Assembly (NCBI GenBank): GCA_032718475.1
Contig: JAUCBJ010009026.1
Span: 1 to 42,319, forward strand
Length of the DNA stretch: 42,319 nucleotides
Source of the DNA: Nemertoderma westbladi
Taxonomy: Eukaryota > Animalia > Xenacoelomorpha
Reading direction: 5' to 3'
The position numbers were made by a program, and so were the translations under genes. Of this stretch, positions 32,849 to 42,319 are shown one piece after another. Within the stretch, counting starts at the first letter, position 1. The number at the start of each line of letters is the position of its first letter. The notes under the pieces are model-generated. The model did no database searches. It was given only the letters and a program-made list of their open reading frames with translations, and was not told the origin of the DNA.

Positions 32849-34208
32849 ATGACTCAGTTGATAGAAGATGATCTTGGTATCAGGGAGCGATATACTCTAC
32901 CGTTGCAAGCGTTTGTTGATAGCTTGATACGCGGCGACGCTGGTCCAACTACTCCGGAGGACGATGGTCGTTATATCGAACCGCCGATGTCCCAGGAGCA
33001 ACTTACGCGTGAATTGGACTATAGAAAATTCACTGCTCGCTATACGCATTGTAATGGTACGTATATGGACTTCTTAACTACTGGCCATCCTATCGATTTA
33101 CACGATACGGACGATATCGACACCGAAAGGGAAATGGTCCTGTTTAAATATCATACCCAGCGGAGTCGGAACGATAAATTGAGAATCGAATGCGAAAATT
33201 CTATTCGAAATCGACTCGAAAGAGAAGACGTTAAAGAACCGGATAAACGCGGTAACTCCAACGTATATTTGGAATTCTTGAGAGAAACATTGTAAAACCG
33301 AATAAATATCACCCGCGTTTCCCCTACAAGACGTGCGTCTTTGGTATTATTGCAATGAATGCCCAAGACCCAACCAACAAACGGAAAGACATAAACATCC
33401 GTAGAGACGTTGCTTTAAACACGGTTTTACTCGCTATATTTACGGGAGTTTCGAGCGAAACTTGTTCGATGTATCACCTACGCTCGCTCGATTCAAACGA
33501 TCCTTAAATAAACCTATGATCAGAGTTCCGGAATACTCGGTCAGACCTCCTCATTCCCTAGTTAGACCTCAGACTCTTGATCCTAATAGTATCATGGATC
33601 CTCCCGAACTGTACTCACTGTTCAAAGATCTAGTGCTACCCGAACAGTTAGTCGGTGGCACTCCGGTTGTGGGCTCCCTAAATATTCGCCCATCTTACCT
33701 AGTCGGATTGGGACGCGGACATCTAATATCGTCATTCAACCGTATCATCGTCCCTGTTTAACCCGATACAACCTGTCACCGAGGCGGAGGAGAGAGTTGT
33801 ACGAAACGCGTTGGACACTATTCGTCAAAAGATCGGAAAATGAACCTACAATTGTTTAGAGAAACGTAAATTGCAGCAGCAAGTCCAAGCGGTAAACGAA
33901 TTAACTTTATCTCAGTTCGATCAGGAAATTCAGAATCTCTAAGAAGATATCGAACTTGGACGACCCTATTCTCTGCAAGAGTTTTGGACGAACGCATCCA
34001 ACGATAAGCGGAGGAAAATCAGCTCGAGGAGAAGCATATCGAAATGGACGAGACATCGACCGTAACCCTAAACCTTCAGATGCAATTGTATTGCACCCTT
34101 TACCCAGGAGTTATAGCCCTCCTAGTAAAGTGGCTCGCCCCAAAGAGAAAAGGACTCTTGCTAGCCTCCAAAAAACTGCGTAAACGCCGTCCGCGCAAGA
34201 AAAACTAA
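32849..34208 (+). pseudogene. Accessory ORF between pol and the 3' LTR: a 148-aa open segment (32849-33295) plus frameshifted downstream pieces; unknown function
   Basis: Codon-wise comparison with copy 1 shows many synonymous third-position changes and few second-position changes. It ends in the basic tail KKLRKRRPRKKN*. Confidence 0.6.
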
Positions 34209-34286
34209 CTGTTTAGAGTATTTTTATATTTTAGAAACTGTGATTTTTTATATTTTATAGACTAAAATCCCATTTTCTGGGAGCGG

Positions 34287-35474
34287 TGTAAAAGCTTTTG
34301 CGGAATTAGCCGGTTATTTTCCCCGTAAAGTACTCTGTAGTTGGTTTAACAGGCATAAAAGGCCGTATCCTTACTGTACTGGTGTTTTAGTGGACATAGA
34401 AAGCCATTTCTTCTGTATGTGTACTTTAGCGGACATAATTAGCAATTCTATGACGCAATGCGCTAGATCCTCTTGAAACAGTGTAGTTACTATGACGACA
34501 GCTAACAGCTGAGCTGTACACGTGTAGCTTTTTCCTTGTTCTCTGGTGTTTCTTTGTTCGGTCAACCAATCAGAGCGATTCTCCTGCTTTTTGTACAGAA
34601 ACCTCCGGGAAATCGCGCAATGCATTATGGGTCAATGTTTACATTTTGTCCTGAGCCTAGAAGACCGGCTTCGGAATCTCTGTGTTTTTCAGTCTTTAGC
34701 CCAACATTAGTAGGCTTAATTATAGAACGTATATCTGTTATCTAAACATATCTCATCTCACAACTCACTCACCTAATCATATTGTCAACTACAAACACCG
34801 CATTTTTACTGCTATTTACTGTCGGTTATTCATTATATCTGTTGATGGAATATTATTATATTGGAGAATATCAATCAATAATCAGACACCCCAATCTTCT
34901 TGATATACTGAAGGTTAGAGAGACCGGTTACATATAACGATTGCGACTTACATTAAAGTGGTTTTGAAGTGAATCTAATGCTATTTCATAGGCCCTACAT
35001 GTATTGGTTGTTGTTCTCTTTATATGTGACTAAAATTAGTGAAGGTCGGCAGATCGGTGTGCAGCATTGTGCAGTATTGTGTATGATTGTGACTGATAAC
35101 AAAGCATCTCCTAAAGAATGCGCCATATACGTGAATCTATAGCCATCCCGTTGTGTCTAGTTTAAGTCATAACTCTGTTTACATATTTAGAGCGCCACGT
35201 CCTAAAGGAACTGTTAATATTTCCCGAAAGTGAATAATATTTGTCAGAGATTATATATTACGATCAGTCGAATAATACAGTAGGCCTACACCGCAATACG
35301 GTTAGGCTTCCGAATCCAGTCTCCCGGGTATATCCAGCGGGTGAATGATCGCGCATAGACTGGCTTCGGCTAATGTAGTGTATCAAATACTCGTCATAGG
35401 CTAAAGACTATCTATTATCTAGAAGACATCCCAATTTGGCAGGTTAAACTGCTAAAGGTCTGAAAGCGCGAACA
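34287..35474 (+). repeat. 3' LTR of copy 2 (1188 bp)
   Basis: TGTAAAAGC...GCGCGAACA, preceded by the PPT GGGAGCGG. Colinear with the copy 1 LTR but clearly diverged from it. Confidence 0.92.
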
Positions 35475-38431
35475 TCCGCGTCATCAGAAAATGACACTAC
35501 ATTACGGGTCATTGTGTAATTGGGATTGTTGTATTGATTTATATTTTCGGTAATTTATTAATTTATGACACAGCGAGTCAATCTTTTGGAATAAGAGTTT
35601 TTGAGGTCGAATAATCCAGTATTCCAATGGGTTGGATTCTTTTGCTGCGCACGCTAACTGCATATCGAAATCTTATATTTTTATCAGAGAATCATTCAAT
35701 TTCTGTGCGTATGATATTTATGCCTAACCCATGTTGTATACCACCGTGTACCTTGTTTATATGTTGCCTAGCAGCAGTTGTGGTAGTGCTGAACTCTCAT
35801 TGGTAACTACCAGTACAGGTATTCTTACGTCCCAATTGGCTGTTATATTTTTGCAGTATTGCATGTTTATATAGTCGATGTTCATCCCATTACTCTCAGG
35901 CATAACCTAACATCATATTAAGCCTGTTGCGAGTCATGTAACTTGCAGGACTCGAGATATTTCACCTTGCTGTATGCCTTGCAGTATTACATTATTTACT
36001 ATTATTGCTTTACTATTGTTGATGAATATACAAGACCAGAGATCAAACCAACTCTATTTCCACACGGTTAGTGCTGACTGCGCCCTGTCTGTAATAGATT
36101 CGGTTCATTTTTGTGTGAGTGTGTGCGTCCATAGTACTGCAATATTATTCCCCAACTAGTAACTATCATCTATTAACACTATGTGTGCAGCGCGAGTGCG
36201 AACTGTGCGCTTACCCCGCACTAAGTTCAAAATAGTGTCCTACCTGTAATATATGTAAGTCACACGTACATTTACTCGCCAACAACACAATATAACGAAA
36301 CGGTTTACACGTAACTGTCACTTTATTCCCTTGAAGCAGTTTATAAGCGCCGAAATTGATATATATAAACAAACTTTCGTGAGTGTTCCTGCTATGCTGC
36401 AGGTACCCCAAGGCACTTGATAACACTCATAAGAGTTACAGACAGACTCGTAGCGGCGAACGTGGGTTAGCCTCCCGTAAAAGCCTTGACAGATTCTCTC
36501 TCTTCCCTCATTAAGTAGACAATTAGGAAAGCTGACGCTTAACCACTCCACTATAGTTGATACTGATACAGTACTGGACTGTCCTTCACCCTGGAACGTT
36601 TTACCGTATACGCATATAATTTTGTGTACCAACTACGCGTAGCTAATCATATATCTATGTGTAGGCCCCTATACAAGTTATATTTAGTATTTCAGTGTAG
36701 GACAGTAGGTCGGATTTACTGGTACAGCAGTAGGAGGATACCATCTTCTGTACAGCGCTTCCTATTTTTTTATACGCATACTCAGATAATGTAGTGTCGT
36801 AGATGGTCAGATGGTAGATATAGGTACCACGTGGCCTATGGTATATAAGTCGGGAGGTATTAAACTATTATTCATTATTACCCAAATGTGAAGATTCAAT
36901 TTAAGTTGGGCTGTATAGGCTGGTAGGCCTACAGTCTGACAGTATTAGTCAGTTAGTTGTCGTCAGTACAACGTGTCAATCTGCAATTTCTAAATCTACA
37001 ACTCTGAATCTGTAGATCAGTAGATTGCAGGGCTAAATGATACTAAATGCACTACCCTGCTGCTGCTACCCGACAGCCCGACCCGTACTGCCGTACTGTC
37101 GGAATGGACTACCGGTAACTAGGCCTACCGACAGACTGACAGACCGACTGTAGCTTGAATTAACTATGCCTGCTCCTATCGCTATGCAGCTATGTGTATG
37201 TGCATGTGTATACTGCCTGACTGCTATGAGATTACTGCTGTACTACAGATTGCAGGATTGTAGTACAGTAGTAGGCCAGTCTGCCAGTAGGCCTATAGCA
37301 CTACCAGACTACAGCAAAACAGCATTTTACAGCACCGCATGCTTCAGTGCTTAGTGCAGTCTGGCTGTGGTCAGGTGGTCCTGGTTGCAGTGCAGTAGGC
37401 GGTAGGCAGGTAGGGCTGTACCGGTACTGCCAACTGCTGTACAGCTGTAGGGCGTAGGGGGGGCTAGGCCCTATTCTATTCAGATATCAGGATATTGCAT
37501 GCTGATTTCTGGATTTCTGATTTCTGGACTACCCCTACAGCTCTATGCCTACCACCAGACAGCCAGACCACACCGCCCAACTGCCCAATCAGCCAATCCC
37601 CAATCCAATGCAGCAATCTGGCAATGACAAGACAGCAAAAGACAAGCTAAGTCCAGTTGTCAGTCAGTCAGTCAGTACCAGATTACATCACTACCGGTCA
37701 GCCGGTAGTCTATTACAGTATTAGTCTTATCTACGGTAGGCCTATCACCTATCTGCCTATTGCATGTACATGTATTGGCAGATTGGTATTGTGTATCCAC
37801 TGTAGGGTTCAACAGAAGGCACTTTATGGGGCCGAACCGAACCGAAGCAGGGCTAACTTCGGGCCGAACCGAACCGAATCCGAACCGAAGTTCAGAAAGT
37901 TAGCAAGTTATGGTCATAAATTCGTATTTACGTCACTATACTGGCTGACTGGCAGTGGCAGACTGGTACCTATTTGGTCTGCGGACTTAGCGAGAAAGCT
38001 ATGATTAATTAAAAAAATAAGTCATACAAAATAAAATGGCAATATTCAGATATTTACATTACTGTACATTACTAACCTAAACTACTGTATACTTACTGTA
38101 TGCATGCACTTACTGTATGCACCACATTTTCACCCGTAGTAAGCCGTACAGTAGTCAGTAGTGACATCAAATTTAGAAAACCTCACTAAAAGTACAGGTA
38201 GTCTTTGTAATACAATTTATATGAGGTGGTAGGTATATTTGGTATTATGTATCAAAGTTATGATTAATTAAAAAATAGGTACTACAAAGTAAAATGGCAA
38301 TATTTAGCCTAACCTAAACTACTGTATAACTAAGCTAATTTTGAAACTACCCAAGTAAACTGGAAACAATTAAAAAAATAATGCCATTTTTTAAATGGAA
38401 GTTCAGTCCACAATTAAGGGTGTAAACGTTA

Positions 38432-39192
38432 AGCAGACAGTGGTGCAGGCACCTGGTGCGGACAGTGGTGGAGACAGTGGTGCAGACAGTGGTGCAGACA
38501 CTGGTGCAGACAGCTGGACAGTGGTGCAGACAATGGTGCAGACAGTGGTGCAGACAGTGGTGCAGACACTGGTGCAGACACTGGTGCAAACACTGGTGCA
38601 GACAGCGATGCAGACAGTGGTGCAGACATTGGTGCAGACAGTGGTGCAGACACCTGGTGCGGACAGTGGTGCAGACACCTGGTGCGGACAGTGGTGCAGA
38701 CAGTGGTGCAGACACCTGGTGCAGACACCTGGTGCGGACAGTGGTGCAGACACTGGTGCAGACAGTGGTGCAGCGTGCAGACAGTGGTGCAGACACTGGT
38801 GCAGACAGTGGTGCGGACAGTGGTGCAGACACCTGGTGCGGACAGTGGTGCAGACAGTGGTGCAGGCAGTGGTGCAGACAGTGGTGCAGGCAGTGGTGCA
38901 GACACTGGTGCAGACACTGGTGCAGACAGTGGTGCAGACAGTGGTGCAGACATTGCAGCTGGTGCGGACAGTGGTGCAGACACTGGTGCAGACAGCTGGT
39001 GCAGACAGTGGTGCAGACAGCCTGGTGCAGACAGTGGTGCACGACAGTGGTGCAGACACGTGGTGCAGACAGTGGTGCAGACACTGGTGCAGACAGTGGT
39101 GCAGACACTGGTGCAGACACTGGTGCAGACAGTGATGCAGACAGTGGTGCAGACAGTGGTGCAGACACTGGTGCAGACAGTGGTGCAGACAC
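38432..39192 (+). repeat. 12-bp tandem repeat (G/C)TGGTGCAGACA, about 60 units (left foldback arm)
   Basis: Seen directly; it explains the spurious six-frame ORFs here. Confidence 0.95.
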
Positions 39193-39911
39193 AAATATGC
39201 GACCAACTACTGAAAGGTTGGTTATCGTTCATATGCGTACCGACTTGACCGATGGTGTTACAGTGGTGGTCTTTTCTAACCAAAACAATAAACTAATCTC
39301 CATTACTTAATTAACGGAAAGGAGCAGGTTACAGTGGTGGGCTTTTCTAACCAAAACAATAAACATTATCTCAATAACATAAGGTATTTCATACTTATAT
39401 CATATCATATCGGTCAGGTCGGTACGGATATGAACTATAACTGAAAGGTTCTACATGAAGTAGGGAAGTACAAGTCGGGGTCCGTGGGGGTGAATGTGCC
39501 CTGATTACAAATAATTATAAATGGTGTGTACGAAAGTAATTAATCCTATAAATTGTAAGCAGCAATGTCTCCAAGGAATGAGGTTTATTGATTGTTTATA
39601 CATGTCCTACTTTATACAGAGTATGTTTAATTTGTTTACCTTTACTGGAGCCACTGCTTATTAATGTATAATAAAACGAGCTAATTAAGTTATTGTCTCA
39701 TGCTGGGAATATACATTCACTAACCAGCTAACTACAGTAAAGGTCTCAGGAATTCTTAGCCCGCGAGTATTCTTAGCCTGTGAGTATTCTTGGCCCTTGG
39801 GTATTCTTAGCCCGCAAAACAATAACGTTTATTGTTTTGGTTCCCCCAATACTCCTCTGAAACCTGCTCCTTTACTAAACTGCTCCTTTACTAACCTGCT
39901 CGCCCCTTTAC

Positions 39912-40093
39912 TGTCTGCACCAGTGTATGCACCACTGTCTGCACCACTGTCTGCACCAGTGTCTGCACCACTGTCTGCACCACTGCCTGCACCATGTCTG
40001 CACCACTGTCTGCAACCAGTGTCTGCACCAGGTGTCTGCATCACTGTCTGCATCACTGTCTACACCACTGTCTGCTCTGCACCAGTGTCTGCT
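39912..40093 (-). repeat. Inverted copy of the 12-bp repeat (right foldback arm)
   Basis: TGTCTGCACCA(C/G) units. Confidence 0.9.
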
Positions 40094-40989
40094 TAACGTT
40101 TACACCCCAAAATTAATTAGTACAACGATGGACAGATTGATTAGTCTTACTGCTGTACTGTCTTCTGGTCTCAATCAGTCAATGTAATACTTGGAATATT
40201 TAGCAAAGTTTGCTCCGGGCTTCTGCAGTATCAATTGCAGAAGCCGAACCGAACCGAAATTGCCAAACTTCGGCCCGAACCGAACCGAAGCCGAAGATTC
40301 TGTTGAGCCCTAATCCACTGTCTGACTGTCAGACTTTCTGACTGTACCAGTGTACAGCTGTAATCGTAATGGTACTGTTTGGATAGCTGGAGTTTGACTA
40401 AAATACGCCACCGACAACCACCGACAACTTTCGCATACCGGTACCACCGACAACAAAAGACACAAACCGACTGCGAAACTCCTGACTGCCTAAAATCGCA
40501 AACCGACAGTATGTCTGTAGGCCTATCTGCCTATGCTGAGCTGATATGCCGATAAGTTTGGCAATGTTAGTAAACTATTTCAGTACATGATTACCCTATA
40601 CCAGTATACTGCTATACAATTTTAATCTCCAGTCCAAGTATTTATTTATAACAAAATATATTGTATATGTGTATGTTGTCGGTGTTGTAATTAGTCATCA
40701 TAATTTCTTTAAAATATAAGACCGCCTTCATAAATTATCTGTTTTAAATTATTATATTGCATAACGTAATGGTTAAATTAAAATCATTACCGGTATCTAA
40801 CGGTAACGTTTTCCATATGTTAGTATGTGTTGGCAGGTTGGTATTATTATTGGACGATATTAGTTTTTGTCGATGGTAGTCAGACTGTTGTCAGTCTGTC
40901 GGTCTGTCGGTGGAATAGGTACGGTACTTCTGCGGTTTCCGTTCCTATACTCTGATACAAGTCCCTAAAAGGTGCCACCCTGCTCCATA

Positions 40990-41083
40990 GCGCGGGAAAT
41001 TCAAATGATTGAAAGACATGTAATTTGTACTGGAAAGGGTGGCAGATCAGATCTGCTACCTATATTTTGGCGGTAAATTCAAA
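40990..41083. promoter_or_regulatory. Two E2F/CHR-like composite motifs
   Basis: GCGCGGGAAATTCAAA (40990-41005) and TTTTGGCGGTAAATTCAAA (41065-41083). This is a motif resemblance only; no downstream gene is visible. Confidence 0.3.
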
Positions 41084-41200
41084 TCTGTTTTAACGTGGAA
41101 TACATGAATAGAGTAAGACTAAATGTAATTCATTGAATCAGAATAAATTATTTCTTATCGGTTTAACTCACTCATCCGTTATTGTTGTTGTTTTATCTAT

Positions 41201-42319
41201 TCTGGGACTTCGAGCAGCACGTGAACAACTAAACCAGCACGTTAACTAGTCTGGGACTTCGAGCAGCACGTGAACAAATAAACTGGCTGGATACCTAGTC
41301 TGAGACTTCGAGCAGCACGTGAACAACTAAACCAGCACGTTAACTAGTCTGGGGCTTCGAGCAGCACGTGAACAAATGAACTGGCTGGATACCTAGTCTG
41401 GGACTTCGAGCAGCACGTGAACAACTAAACCAGCACGTTACCGTAACTAGTCTGGGACTTCGAGCAGCACGTGAACAACTAAACCAGCACGTTAACTAGT
41501 CTGGGGCATAGAGCAGCACGTGAACAACTAAGCTGGCTGGTTAACAAGTCTGGGACTTCGAGCAGCACGTGAACAACTAAGCCTGCACTTGTTAACTACT
41601 CTGGGACTTCGAGCAGCACGTGAACAACTAAACTCGGCTCGTTACCTAGTCTGGGGCTTCGAGCATGCACGTGAACAAAGCTAAGCCTGCACTGGTTAAC
41701 TAGTCTGGGGCTTCGAGCAGCACGTGAACAACTAAGCCGGCTCGTTAACTAGTCTGAGGCTTCGAGCAGCACGTGAACAAAGCTGAACCTGCACTTGTTA
41801 ACTACTCTGGGGCTTCGACCAGCACGTGAACAACTAAACCAGCACGTTAACTAGTCTGGGGCTTCGAGCAGCACGTGAACAAATAAACTGGCTGGATACC
41901 TAGTCTGGGACTTCGAGCAGCACTGTGAACAACTAAACCAGCACGTTAACTAGTCTGGGACTTCGAGCAGCACTTGAACAACTAATCTGACTGGTTAACT
42001 AGTCTGAGACTTCGAGCAGCACGTGAACAACTAAGCTGACTTGTTAACTAGTCTGGGACTTCGAGCAGCACGTGAACAAAACTAAACCAGCACGTTAACT
42101 AGTTTGGGGCTTCGAGCAGCACGTGAACTAAGCTAAGCCTGCACTGGTTAACTATAGTCTGGGGCTTCGAGCAGCACGTGAAAAACTAAACCAGCACGTT
42201 AACTAGTCTGGGGCTTCAAGCAGTACGTGAACAACTAAGCTGACTGGTTAACTATAGTCTGGGACTTCCAGTAGCATGTGAACAACTAAGCTGACTGGTT
42301 AACTAGTCTGGGACTTCGA
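41201..42319 (+). repeat. ~49-bp tandem satellite, at least 22 units, running off the right edge
   Basis: A constant part TAGTCTGGG(A/G)CTTCGAGCAGCACGTGAACAA followed by a variable 18-25-nt part drawn from a small set of related variants. Confidence 0.95.

Larger units (their letters stand above)
22730..35474 (+). mobile_element. 5'-truncated BEL/Pao LTR retrotransposon (copy 2, autonomous-type relative of copy 1)
   Basis: Domain order Gag-PR-RT-RNase H-IN, then a 4.2-kb 3' region, PPT and one LTR. Homology to copy 1 gag begins at about QRTAPWKSQL. There is no 5' LTR and no TSD. Confidence 0.93.
38418..40107. mobile_element. Mutator-like foldback element nested in the hAT element
   Basis: TIR GGGTGTAAACGTTAAGCAGACA(G/C)TGGTGCAG and a 9-bp TSD with one mismatch (CACAATTAA at 38409-38417, CAAAATTAA at 40108-40116). 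The arms are made of 12-bp repeats. Confidence 0.8.
37803..40312. mobile_element. Non-autonomous hAT element
   Basis: TIR TAGGGTTCAACAGAA / TTCTGTTGAGCCCTA and a perfect 8-bp TSD ATCCACTG (37795-37802 and 40313-40320). Subterminal CCGAA repeats occur at both ends. Confidence 0.9.

Noticed and set aside
32849-33295. Antisense coding of the accessory region, suggested by many first-position changes
   Set aside because: The mirrored frame contains TAA stops at conserved TTA codons in both copies.
35925-36284. Solo LTR (TGTTGCGAGT...ACTCGCCAACA)
   Set aside because: The ends are imperfectly inverted, with no TSD and no second copy, so the evidence is insufficient.
38347-39310. Six long ORFs (Cys/His-, VQT- or SAP-rich proteins)
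   Set aside because: Artefact of a stop-free 12-bp repeat that is open in all frames.
41201-42319. CRISPR array
   Set aside because: The 'spacers' are short, related to one another and reused. There are no cas genes and the context is eukaryotic.

Overview
Repeat-dense eukaryotic (animal-like) genomic DNA. The only host gene I can support is the 5' coding part of SND1/Tudor-SN (minus strand, ATG at 496, running off the left edge), which the ORF track missed. The rest is nested mobile DNA. (1) A 5'-truncated RTE-type LINE with a 12-bp TSD. (2) A complete 12.6-kb BEL/Pao LTR element (4400-17013, minus) with 1246-bp near-identical LTRs and a CCGGG TSD. It keeps Gag and protease but has lost RT/RNase H and integrase through in-frame deletions. 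(3) A related, oppositely oriented, 5'-truncated BEL/Pao copy (~22730-35474) with a full RT-RNase H-integrase frame. (4) Several MITE/foldback elements (P-like, PIF/Harbinger-like, hAT, Mutator-like), a probable tRNA-SINE and several tandem arrays. The BEL/Pao family holds the most interesting signals. It has no tRNA primer-binding site; the bases directly after the 5' LTR are instead complementary to a sequence inside its own LTR (candidate Tf1-like self-priming). It also carries a degenerate, codon-constrained accessory ORF in the env position, a very long Gag N-terminal extension, and duplicated or highly conserved non-coding modules in both UTRs. All alignments and counts were done by eye.
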